In this document: piece by piece, positions 55,843 through 64,000 of the stretch
How the letters are laid out: each line of letters begins with the position of its first letter
Position numbering within the stretch: position 1 is the stretch's first letter
From: Actinomycetota bacterium
GTDB taxonomy: Bacteria; Actinomycetota; CADDZG01; WHSQ01
DNA length: 64,000 nt
Reading direction: 5' to 3'
Assembly (NCBI GenBank): GCA_050694175.1
Contig: JBOGXA010000002.1
Span: forward strand, 82,796-146,795
The notes under the pieces: generated by a model
Seen by the model: the letters and a program-made list of their open reading frames with translations, nothing else
What the model was told of the DNA's origin: nothing
Database searches by the model: none
Program-made: the position numbers and the translations under genes

Positions 55843-58504
55843 TCCGCCCGGCGCGGTTCCCTCGCCGGTTCGCGACTTCGAGACCACCTACGGGTTCGAA
55901 TTCGACGACTTCCAGCTGCGCGCGTGCGCCGCGCTCGAAGACGGGTCGTCGGTGCTTGTGGCCGCGCCGACCGGCGCCGGAAAGACGGTCGTGGGGGAGT
56001 TCGCCGCGTGGCTCGCCCTCGAGAGCGGCGGCAAGACCTTCTACACGACGCCCATAAAGGCCCTTTCCAACCAGAAGTACGGCGACTTCCTGCTGCTGCA
56101 CGGGGCACCGAACGTGGGGCTTCTGACCGGCGACAACTCGATCAACGGAGACGCCCAGGTGGTGGTGATGACCACCGAGGTGTTGCGCAACATGATTTAC
56201 GAGGACTCGGACGCACTCGACTCGTTGCAGTACGTGGTGCTCGACGAGGTGCACTACCTCCAGGATCCCTATCGGGGGGCCGTGTGGGAGGAGGTCCTGA
56301 TTCATCTTCCCGTCGACGTGCAGATCGTCTCGCTGTCGGCCACTGTTTCTAACGCCGAGGAGTTCGCGGAGTGGCTCCAGACATTGCGTGGGCGAACCAA
56401 GGTGATCATCGAAGAGAAGCGGCCGGTCGAGGTGCGGCACTGGTACTCTGCCGCCGACGAGTTGCTGCCGATGTTCGTGCAACGACCCGACGGCGATGTC
56501 GTTCCCAACCCGCGGGGACGCGAGTTCGATCGCCGCCGCAGGCGGGGGGCCGAGCGACCCGGGCGCGGAGGACGGCGGGTTCAGGGGCGACGCGCCCGCA
56601 TCCCGTACCGATCAGACGTGGTCGAGCGACTGAACGCGGAGGGGATGCTTCCCGCCATCTACTTCATTTTCTCGCGCAAGGGGTGCGACGACGCGGTTCG
56701 CTTTTGCCTGATGGACAACGTCCGGCTCACCACGGGCGCCGAGCGGGCCCGGATCATCGAGTACGCGGAGTCGCGCGTCACCGATCTTGCCCCCGACGAG
56801 CTCGACGTCCTCGGCTTCGACGACTGGATGGCGGGACTCGCCAGCGGCATCGCCGCTCATCACGCCGGCCTCATCCCCCCGTTCAAGGAGACGGTCGAGG
56901 AGCTCTTTAAGAAGGGGCTGGTGAAGGCGGTGTTTGCCACCGAGACGCTTGCGCTCGGCATCAACATGCCGGCCCGAACGGTCGTCATCGAGAACCTCAT
57001 CAAGTTCACCGGCGAGCGCCACGAGCTCATGACGCCGGGTGAGTACACGCAGCTGACCGGACGAGCGGGGCGGCGGGGAATCGACGAGCTCGGTCATTCC
57101 GTCGTGCTCCTTCAGAAGCTGACGCCCTTCGACACGATCACGCGCCTCGCTTCGACTCGAACGTACCCGCTCAACTCGTCGTTCCAGGTCTCCTACAACA
57201 TGGCCGTCAACCTGGTCCGCACCTACGACCGTCACGACGCCGAGCACCTCGTCAACTCGTCCTTTGCACAGTTCCAGGCGGATCGAGACGTCGTCCAGCT
57301 CGAGAGGACGCGCGAGCGGAGTGAGGCCTACCTCGCCAGCTATCGAGAGCGCATGCACTGCGAGCGCGGCGATTTCGACGAGTACGGGGCCCTCGTCGAC
57401 AAGCTGCACCGGATCGAGGAACGGGCCGGAGCGGCGCGGACCGGAGCTGCCCGCGTGACCGCGGCAATCGATCGCCTCCACCCCGGCGACGTGATCGAGA
57501 TCAGCCACGGCCGCAGGAGGGGACGTTACGCGGTGCTCGAGGTCGGCGGCCGGCGATCCGAGCGGACCCCGCATGTGCTCGCGGTGTCGGAGGATCGCTC
57601 GCTGACCCGCTTTGCGCGGGCCGACTTCAAGGAGCCGCCGGTCGCGATCGGCCATCTCGGGCTTCCCAAGGAGTTCAAGGCACGCGATCCACAGTCGCGC
57701 AAGGACCTGTCACGCCGGCTTCGAGACGTTCAGCCGAGCCCTCCATCCGATTCGGACGACGGCTCCGCGGCGGAGTCGAAGGAAGGGCGCGCGCTTCGCC
57801 GGAGAGTGGAGACACACCCGTGCCACAACTGCCCCGATCGAGAGCGTCACATGCACTTCGCGCATCGCGCGGCGCGTCTCGAGCGCGAGATCGCCCGGCT
57901 CGAACGGCGCATCAACCGGCGCACGGGGACGCTTGCCCGCCGCTTCGAGACGGTGCTGTCGATTCTCGAAGACCTCGGCTACGTGAAGGGATGGGAGCTG
58001 ACGGCTAAAGGTGGCCTTCTCACCAGCATCTACAACGAATCGGACCTGCTCGTGGCCGAGACGATCGAGCGGGGGCTGGTCGACGGCCTCGATCCCGTGG
58101 AACTCGCCACGGTGCTGTCCGCGATGGTCTACGAGACGCGGGGTCCCGAAGGCCCGCCCGCACCGTCCCTCCCGACTAAGACGACGGCGGCCGCGTACGA
58201 GCGCGTCGTGGCGCTGTGGGAGGAGATCCACGCGGCCGAGGAGGAACGCGGGGTCGAGCTGACCCGGGAGCCTGACCCCGGTTTCACCGAGCACGTGTAC
58301 CGCTGGGCCGCGGGCACGCCGTTGGAGCACGTCATCGATGAGGACGACGCGCCGGGCGACTTCGTGCGGTCCATCAAGCAGCTCGTGGACCTGTTGCGGC
58401 AGATCGAGGAGATCGCGCCGGACTCGGAACTGCGCGCCAGGGTACGCACGGCCGTGAATTCACTGCACCGCGGCGTCGTCGCATATTCATCGCTCGAGGT
58501 GTGA
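55787..58504 (+). CDS. helY: Ski2-like DEAD/DEAH-box RNA helicase HelY
   Basis: [14 protein letters not shown]...[15 protein letters not shown], and a DSHCT-like C-terminus. The predicted 905 aa is close to my recollection of about 906 aa for M. tuberculosis HelY. ATG 55787 is the last canonical in-frame start before the conserved region, and it overlaps the upstream ORF by 56 nt. Confidence 0.88.
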   Translation: MEARARTRRARRKTARATDPPGAVPSPVRDFETTYGFEFDDFQLRACAALEDGSSVLVAAPTGAGKTVVGEFAAWLALESGGKTFYTTPIKALSNQKYGDFLLLHGAPNVGLLTGDNSINGDAQVVVMTTEVLRNMIYEDSDALDSLQYVVLDEVHYLQDPYRGAVWEEVLIHLPVDVQIVSLSATVSNAEEFAEWLQTLRGRTKVIIEEKRPVEVRHWYSAADELLPMFVQRPDGDVVPNPRGREFDRRRRRGAERPGRGGRRVQGRRARIPYRSDVVERLNAEGMLPAIYFIFSRKGCDDAVRFCLMDNVRLTTGAERARIIEYAESRVTDLAPDELDVLGFDDWMAGLASGIAAHHAGLIPPFKETVEELFKKGLVKAVFATETLALGINMPARTVVIENLIKFTGERHELMTPGEYTQLTGRAGRRGIDELGHSVVLLQKLTPFDTITRLASTRTYPLNSSFQVSYNMAVNLVRTYDRHDAEHLVNSSFAQFQADRDVVQLERTRERSEAYLASYRERMHCERGDFDEYGALVDKLHRIEERAGAARTGAARVTAAIDRLHPGDVIEISHGRRRGRYAVLEVGGRRSERTPHVLAVSEDRSLTRFARADFKEPPVAIGHLGLPKEFKARDPQSRKDLSRRLRDVQPSPPSDSDDGSAAESKEGRALRRRVETHPCHNCPDRERHMHFAHRAARLEREIARLERRINRRTGTLARRFETVLSILEDLGYVKGWELTAKGGLLTSIYNESDLLVAETIERGLVDGLDPVELATVLSAMVYETRGPEGPPAPSLPTKTTAAAYERVVALWEEIHAAEEERGVELTREPDPGFTEHVYRWAAGTPLEHVIDEDDAPGDFVRSIKQLVDLLRQIEEIAPDSELRARVRTAVNSLHRGVVAYSSLEV

Positions 58505-58532
58505 GCGCCACACGACGTGGGAGAATCGCCGC

Positions 58533-59729
58533 ATGAGCAACGCTTACATCATCGATGCCGTTCGCACGCCCATGGGCAGGTTTGCGGGGGCCCTCGCGAC
58601 CGTGCGCCCGGACGATCTCGCGGCACAAGTCATCGCCGCGCTCGTGACGCGCAACTCCGTGCCGACCGACCGCGTCGACGACGTCGTGTGGGGGGCGGCC
58701 AACCAGGCCGGCGAAGACAATCGGAACGTGGCCCGGATGGCCTCGCTACTTGCCGGGTTGCCGGTCGAGGTGCCGGGCGCAACCGTCAACCGCCTGTGCG
58801 GGTCCGGCCTGGAGGCCGTGAATTGCGGCTTCCGGGAGATCCGCGCTCGCGAGGCCGACCTCGTCATCGCCGGCGGCTCGGAGTCGATGACCCGCGCCCC
58901 GTTCGTGATGGCGAAGGCCGAGGTCCCCTACGCGCGGAAGGTCGAGGTATTCGACACGACGCTCGGGTGGCGGTTCGTCAACCCGAGGCTCGAGTCCGCT
59001 TTCGGCGTCGACTCGATGGGGCAGACGGCCGAGAACGTCGCGCACGACTCCGGAATCGGGCGTGAGGAACAGGATGCATTCGCTCTCGAGAGTCACCGGC
59101 GCGCGGTCGCGGCGCGCGATGAGGGCCGCTTCAAGGACGAGATCGTTCCCGTCGAGGTACCGCAGAAAAAGGGCGATCCCGTCGTCGTCGATGCCGATGA
59201 ACCGCCTCGACCCGATACTTCGCTCGAGAAACTCGGCGCGCTCAAACCTGCCTTTGCTTCGAGCGGTGTAGTCACGGCAGGGAACTCGGCCGGGATAAAC
59301 GACGGCGCCGCCGCAGTGCTCCTCGCGTCCGGAGAGCTGGCTCGTGAGTGTGGATGGACGCCGATGGCGCGCGTCGTGGCGACGGCCGTTGCGGGGGTCG
59401 AGCCGCGCGTAATGGGTCTCGGCCCGATCTATGCGACCCGCAAGGTGCTCGAGCGAGCCGGCCTCGGAGTTGACGACATCGACCTCGTCGAGCTGAACGA
59501 GGCGTTCGCGTCGCAGTCGCTTGCATGCATCCGCGAGCTCAGCCTCGATCCGGAGCGAGTCAACGTCAATGGGGGAGCGATCGCCCTGGGACATCCGCTC
59601 GGGTGTTCCGGGGCGCGCATCCTCACAACGCTCGTGCACGAGATGGCTCGCAGGGAGGCGCGCTACGGGCTTGCGACGATGTGCATCGGTGTCGGGCAGG
59701 GCATCGCCACGATCGTCGAGCGCATTTGA
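58533..59729 (+). CDS. Acetyl-CoA C-acyltransferase (thiolase)
   Basis: [11 protein letters not shown] (the active-site Cys), [25 protein letters not shown]. Confidence 0.92.
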   Translation: MSNAYIIDAVRTPMGRFAGALATVRPDDLAAQVIAALVTRNSVPTDRVDDVVWGAANQAGEDNRNVARMASLLAGLPVEVPGATVNRLCGSGLEAVNCGFREIRAREADLVIAGGSESMTRAPFVMAKAEVPYARKVEVFDTTLGWRFVNPRLESAFGVDSMGQTAENVAHDSGIGREEQDAFALESHRRAVAARDEGRFKDEIVPVEVPQKKGDPVVVDADEPPRPDTSLEKLGALKPAFASSGVVTAGNSAGINDGAAAVLLASGELARECGWTPMARVVATAVAGVEPRVMGLGPIYATRKVLERAGLGVDDIDLVELNEAFASQSLACIRELSLDPERVNVNGGAIALGHPLGCSGARILTTLVHEMARREARYGLATMCIGVGQGIATIVERI

Positions 59730-61108
59730 CCGCCGCCGACGAGCTCGCGGCACTCATCGACCCCGCCGCCATCGAAGTCCCGGACCGAGCACCCGGCGAT
59801 TGGGCGCCGTCGGCGTTCCTGGCCGCTCGCGGCGGAGACGCGGGCCACCGGCCGGGTTGCCTTGTGGCACCCGGGTGCACCTCGGAGGTGGCGGCGATCC
59901 TCAAGTGGGCACAAGCGTCACGAACCCCCGTCGTCCCGCTGGGCGGGGCCAGCGGCGTGTGTGGGGGAGTGGCTCCCGTCGGCGGGGCCGTATACGTCGA
60001 TACCGCGCGTCTCGATCGGATCTCGGAAGTCGATGAGACCAGCCGCTTGGTCACCGTCGGAGCCGGGGTGAAGGGCGATGCTCTCGCCACCGCACTGGCG
60101 GCGCGCGGCTTCATGCTCGGTCACGAGCCGCAATCGATCGCGATCTCGACGGTGGGAGGGTGGATCTCAACGCGCGCGTGCGGCCAGCTCTCCGCGCGCT
60201 ACGGCGGTATCGAGGGCCTCGTCGCGGGGCTGGAGGCCGTTCTGCCGGGCGGACGCGTCGTCCGCTCGAAGGTCGCTCCCCGCCGCGCCACCGGACCCGA
60301 CCTGCTGCAACTGTTCATGGGCGCGGAGGGGACGCTGGGGATCGTGACTGCCGCCACGCTCCGGGTTGCCCCGATCCCGGATGAGCGCGTCGACAGATGT
60401 CTGCGCTTCGAGCACATGGCCGAAGGCGTTGCCGCGTGCAGGCGGATCGCGCAGTCCGACGTGCGTCCCTCCCTCGTTCGCCTCTACGACGCCGAGGATG
60501 CCGCGATCTTCCTTCGCCATCATCCTGGCGAGCCCCAGGGCCCCGTTCTGCTCATTTCCTTCGACGGCCTCGATGCATCCCGCCGGGCCGACGCGGCCGT
60601 CGAGCTGGCCGCGGGTGCGTCGGGTAACGACGCGCTCGTCGCTCATTGGTGGGAGCACCGCAACGACGCCGTCGCCGAGTACCGGAAGCTGATGACCGGC
60701 GAGGGGTTGCTGGGCCCCCACGCCCTCGTCGACACCATGGAGGTTGCCGGAACGTGGAGCGTGCTCCGCGACCTTTATCACTCGATGAAAGAGGTCTTGT
60801 CCGAGCGCGCGCAGCTCTCCGGCTGTCATCTGTCGCACGTGTATCCCGACGGCGCGTGCCTGTACTTCACGATGGCGTCGATGTGTGAGAGCGACGCCGC
60901 GGCGCGCACGAAGCTCGGTGAGTGGTGGGACGCGGGGATGACCGCGTGCCTCGACGCGGGCGGTTCGATCAGCCATCACCACGGCATAGGAAGAGTGCGG
61001 GCGCGTTATCTGGGGCGCGAGCTCGGCGAGTGGATGCATGTGCTTAGCGCGGTCAAGGGTGCGCTCGACCCGCACGGGATCATGAATCCGGGCGCTCTGG
61101 GCCTGTGA
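59726..61108 (+). CDS. FAD-binding oxidase (FAD_binding_4 / FAD-linked oxidase C-terminal family)
   Basis: [13 protein letters not shown]..., [35 protein letters not shown] 59726 overlaps the thiolase stop (TTGA). Its pairing with the next gene resembles Rv2251-Rv2252. Confidence 0.82.
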   Translation: MTAADELAALIDPAAIEVPDRAPGDWAPSAFLAARGGDAGHRPGCLVAPGCTSEVAAILKWAQASRTPVVPLGGASGVCGGVAPVGGAVYVDTARLDRISEVDETSRLVTVGAGVKGDALATALAARGFMLGHEPQSIAISTVGGWISTRACGQLSARYGGIEGLVAGLEAVLPGGRVVRSKVAPRRATGPDLLQLFMGAEGTLGIVTAATLRVAPIPDERVDRCLRFEHMAEGVAACRRIAQSDVRPSLVRLYDAEDAAIFLRHHPGEPQGPVLLISFDGLDASRRADAAVELAAGASGNDALVAHWWEHRNDAVAEYRKLMTGEGLLGPHALVDTMEVAGTWSVLRDLYHSMKEVLSERAQLSGCHLSHVYPDGACLYFTMASMCESDAAARTKLGEWWDAGMTACLDAGGSISHHHGIGRVRARYLGRELGEWMHVLSAVKGALDPHGIMNPGALGL

Positions 61109-62025
61109 CCTCCGTCTACTCGCCGATGACGATCATCTGCAACGTACGGTCGGGGCGCGGCCGCGTGGTCAAGAATCTTCCGGAGGTACGGGCCGAGCTC
61201 GACCGCCGCGGCCTCGACTACGAGGTTGTGCTCACCGAGCGGCGCGAGCACGCCCCTGAGCTCGCGCGCTCAGCGCTCGAGCGCGGCTCCAAGTTGATCG
61301 TTGCGATGGGCGGTGACGGAACCATCCACGAAGTGGTCAACGGGATGATGGACGGCGATCGAGTCGTGGTTCCCGGGGCCGCGCTGGGGGTGGTCTCCGC
61401 GGGGACGGGGTCCGACTTCATCAGGACGTTCGGCCTGCCCGCCGCCCCGGTGCATGCCGTATCGCACCTCGACGGTGACGAGGCGTTCCCCATTGACATC
61501 GGCAAGATCACCTACCAGGGGGACGGCGCCACCACCGTCCGCTACTTCGCCAACATCGCCGAGGTCGGACTGGGCGCGGCAACCGTGGCGCGCGCCCAGA
61601 GACTCCCGCGCTGGCTCGGCCCGATGGTGTACTTCTTCGCCTTCTGGCTGACGATCCGGGGGCACCGTGCCGCCGGTGTTGTCGTCGACCTCGTCGACCG
61701 CCGATACGAGGGGCCCATGAACAACCTCGTCGTCGCCAACGGCCAGTTCTTCGGGGGGGGAATGCACATCGCGCCGAAGTCGACGCCGACCGACGGGCTT
61801 CTCGACATCCAGATAGAACACGCCCGCAAGAGAGAGGCGATCGCCATCCTCCCCAAGGTCTACAGGGGCCAGCACGTCCCGCATCCCGACATCGAGGAGG
61901 CGAAGCGGGTAAAAGTGTCGATCACGGCGGACCGAGCCCTGCCGATCGAGGCCGACGGGGAAGTCCTCGGGACGACGCCGGCGACCTTCGAGGCCCTGCG
62001 CGACGCCATCCATCTAAAGGTGTGA
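61105..62025 (+). CDS. Diacylglycerol-kinase-family lipid kinase (YegS/Rv2252-like)
   Basis: GGDGTIHEVVNG motif. GTGA overlap with the upstream gene. Confidence 0.85.
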   Translation: MTSVYSPMTIICNVRSGRGRVVKNLPEVRAELDRRGLDYEVVLTERREHAPELARSALERGSKLIVAMGGDGTIHEVVNGMMDGDRVVVPGAALGVVSAGTGSDFIRTFGLPAAPVHAVSHLDGDEAFPIDIGKITYQGDGATTVRYFANIAEVGLGAATVARAQRLPRWLGPMVYFFAFWLTIRGHRAAGVVVDLVDRRYEGPMNNLVVANGQFFGGGMHIAPKSTPTDGLLDIQIEHARKREAIAILPKVYRGQHVPHPDIEEAKRVKVSITADRALPIEADGEVLGTTPATFEALRDAIHLKV

Positions 62026-62091
62026 AGCCTCTTGCACTCGCGGGGTCGGCTTGAAAGCCTCGACTCGAGCCGACAGCGGGAGGAGACGAGC

Positions 62092-62496
62092 GTGGCAGAC
62101 CTGGTCGTAAAGGATGGAGTCGGTTACAAGCGACGCAATCCGTGGGGCGTGTTCGGGCTGTCCCTAATCACCATCGGCGTGTACTTCTTCGTGTGGTGGT
62201 ACAAGATCAACAACGAGCTGCGGAATTACGGCATCGACAACAGCCCGGCAAAAGCGACGCTGGCCGTAACTTTGGGGGCATTTATCATCGTCCCCCCGTT
62301 CGTCTCCTACTACAACACGGCAGATCGAATCCTCAAGGCCCAGCTCAAGAGTGACGCGTCCGAGAGGATTATTCCCGTGCTCGCACTACTACTGCTGATC
62401 GTGGTCAGCCTGTTCGCCGCGCCCTACTACCAGTCCCAGCTCAACAAGGTGTGGGATGCGGAGGCCGCTAAGGGAGCCGAGGTCCGGGCCGCGTAG
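62092..62496 (+). CDS. DUF4234-family membrane protein
   Basis: NPWGVFGLSLITIGVYFFVWWYKINNELRNYG. GTG 62092 follows GGGAGGAGACGAGC. The start was moved from the track's 62032. Confidence 0.7.
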   Translation: MADLVVKDGVGYKRRNPWGVFGLSLITIGVYFFVWWYKINNELRNYGIDNSPAKATLAVTLGAFIIVPPFVSYYNTADRILKAQLKSDASERIIPVLALLLLIVVSLFAAPYYQSQLNKVWDAEAAKGAEVRAA

Positions 62497-62515
62497 GCTT
62501 CCAATCGCTTGCCGG

Positions 62516-62540
62516 TTTGACGGGACATACTCCCGTCAAA
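62516..62540. terminator. Perfect 10-bp hairpin between convergent genes
   Basis: TTTGACGGGA-CATAC-TCCCGTCAAA, with A/T runs on both sides of the stem, so it could work in both directions. Confidence 0.55.
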
Positions 62541-62563
62541 TCACGAAGGGCGGTGTAACGCCG

Positions 62564-63436
62564 CTACGCTGCGGCAAACAACCTGTTGAGATCGGCGGCC
62601 AGCTTCGCAGGGTGCTCGAGCGGCAGGTAATGCGTTGCGCTCGGATACACCGTCAGCGTCGCGTGCGGGACGATCCGCGCCATCTCCTCCATCTGCGGTC
62701 GGGGAGTGAACTGGTCGCGTTCGCCGGCAACGACGAGGGCCGGACACGACAGCGATCTGCACAGCTCGGGCGCGGAATCGCCGGCGATCGCTTCGAAGGT
62801 GGCCAGCAACGTCCGCATGTCGCACGACGCGATGCCCCTCATGAGATCGACCAGTGCCCCCGTGTCGGCGGTGGCCGCAACCATGCCCGATTGCCGGATC
62901 AGTCCCGCCAGTTCGCGCCGTGATGCGAACACGCGCAGTGCCGCTCCGATCGGTCCGGAGAACTGCTTGGCGACGCCGGCGAGAATCGGGAGCAGAGACA
63001 CGAACTCGAGCTTGAGTGCGCGTCCCGGCGAGTATCCGTACGCGCCGCACACGAACGCGATCGCCCGCACCCGCTCAGGGTAGCGATGCGCGATCTCGAG
63101 ACCGATGCGGGTGCCGTTGCTCCACGATGCGATGACCACCTCATCGACGTTGTAGTGATCGAGCACAGCGATGGCATCCTCGGCATGAGCGCCCGGATCG
63201 ATGCGATCCGTGTGAGCCGGTTCCGAGTCGAGGAGGCCGCGGTGATCCCACAGGAGCACCGGACGCCCGCCAACGATCCCGGTCAGCACCCGCCGCCAGG
63301 CGGCCGAGTTGGCGCCGACCGCGTTCGCCACAAGGAGCGCGATACCGGCGCCACCATCGAATCGCCGGGCCGCGATCACGGTGTCGTCGAACGATCTGAT
63401 CCGCGCGCTGCTCGACCTCAGTCCGGCCGGGCTCAC
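62564..63436 (-). CDS. Alpha/beta hydrolase
   Basis: Nucleophile elbow-like ASWSNGT, ...LLWDHRG..., and C-terminal THYLPLEHP. GTG 63436 overlaps the glpD stop (GTGA). The rest of track ORF 62564..63934 overlaps glpD in another frame. Confidence 0.75.
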   Translation of the reverse strand: MSPAGLRSSSARIRSFDDTVIAARRFDGGAGIALLVANAVGANSAAWRRVLTGIVGGRPVLLWDHRGLLDSEPAHTDRIDPGAHAEDAIAVLDHYNVDEVVIASWSNGTRIGLEIAHRYPERVRAIAFVCGAYGYSPGRALKLEFVSLLPILAGVAKQFSGPIGAALRVFASRRELAGLIRQSGMVAATADTGALVDLMRGIASCDMRTLLATFEAIAGDSAPELCRSLSCPALVVAGERDQFTPRPQMEEMARIVPHATLTVYPSATHYLPLEHPAKLAADLNRLFAAA

Positions 63437-64000
63437 GCCCCTGCCCTGTCGGCGACGGGACGCTCGCGCTCGAGCGACTTCAGGTAGCGGCTCTCCTGGG
63501 CCCGAGTTTCCTTGGCGCTCCACCCTCGTTCGGTCCCGAACAGCGAGGAGACGGCGCGATCGGCGCCCCCGTCGCGGTCGGTCAGAGCCAGCCGGATGCG
63601 ACGGGCCATGAAATCCTCCAGATCGATCGCCATCTCTGCGCGGATCGCATAGAGGGCCTCCGCGGCGACATGCGTCGGCTCGTCCGCGATCGGCGTCGCA
63701 AGGCCCGTCTCCTCCACCAGATCGAGAACCGCGAGAGCCCGGTCGCCGTAGCGCCGGACGAGCGCAGGAGCGAGCCCGGGATCGAGCCGAAGCCGCTCCG
63801 CTCGTCCCGTCGCTGTGGCGGTGAGCACGTCGAGGCGGCCGCAACCGAGGCGAAGGCGCCGGGTGCGCGAGCGCGGCCCGGGGCCCATACCCCGAATCGC
63901 CGTGTCGAGCGCGTCCGCCGCCATACGCCTCCACGTCGTGAGTTTGCCTCCGGTGATCCCGACGACGCCCGGCGCGAGCTCGTAGACGAGATGCCGGCGT
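63433..64000 (-). CDS. glpD: Glycerol-3-phosphate dehydrogenase, C-terminal part (5' end outside window)
   Basis: The open frame continues to the window edge. It reads ...ITGGKLTTWRRMAADALD... followed by a DAO_C-like helical C-terminal domain. Confidence 0.8.
   Translation of the reverse strand, partial: RRHLVYELAPGVVGITGGKLTTWRRMAADALDTAIRGMGPGPRSRTRRLRLGCGRLDVLTATATGRAERLRLDPGLAPALVRRYGDRALAVLDLVEETGLATPIADEPTHVAAEALYAIRAEMAIDLEDFMARRIRLALTDRDGGADRAVSSLFGTERGWSAKETRAQESRYLKSLERERPVADRAGA

Overview
High-GC actinobacterial chromosomal window (the class cannot be fixed from sequence alone). It is almost fully coding and mostly housekeeping. Gene order matches several blocks that are separate in Mycobacterium tuberculosis: (1) yceD-rpmF-rnc-mutM-acyP-[DUF559]-smc-ftsY-ffh-rpsP-KH-rimM-trmD; (2) a six-gene mce cluster; (3) uvrC-rapZ-yvcK-[rpf-like]-gap-[2 reverse genes]-pgk-tpiA-secG; (4) two solute-binding lipoproteins, tRNA-Leu(GAG) and a patch of small or DUF genes; (5) ttuB-like/ttuA-like-trmI-mpa-dop-pup-[endonuclease VII]-prcB-prcA-pafA-[DUF3866]-pafB-pafC; (6) a GAF/PAS histidine kinase, tatA-tatC and helY; (7) thiolase, FAD oxidase, a DAG-kinase-like lipid kinase, DUF4234, an alpha/beta hydrolase and the glpD 3' end. 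Many adjacent genes are joined by 4-nt ATGA/GTGA/TTGA overlaps. I saw no CRISPR array, rRNA, transposase, integrase or obvious defence island. The points worth a second look are deviations from conserved architecture. (a) A six-gene mce cluster has no yrbE/mlaE permease genes nearby, and its last Mce protein carries a C-terminal M23 peptidase domain. (b) An SMC protein about 170 aa shorter than usual has no hinge I can recognise. (c) PGK has an in-frame 4-TM plus Pro-rich N-terminal extension. (d) A TtuB-like ubiquitin-fold gene is frameshifted, ends GG-AS, and is coupled to a TtuA-like tRNA thiolase just upstream of the Pup-proteasome locus. (e) An endonuclease VII/HNH gene with atypical codon usage sits between pup and prcB. 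(f) A DUF559 gene is bracketed by 42-bp direct repeats. (g) whiA is missing from its conserved slot. All family calls rest on motif recognition and gene order, because no searches were run. Start codons were often moved inward from the supplied ORF track, which takes the first ATG/GTG/TTG in each open frame.
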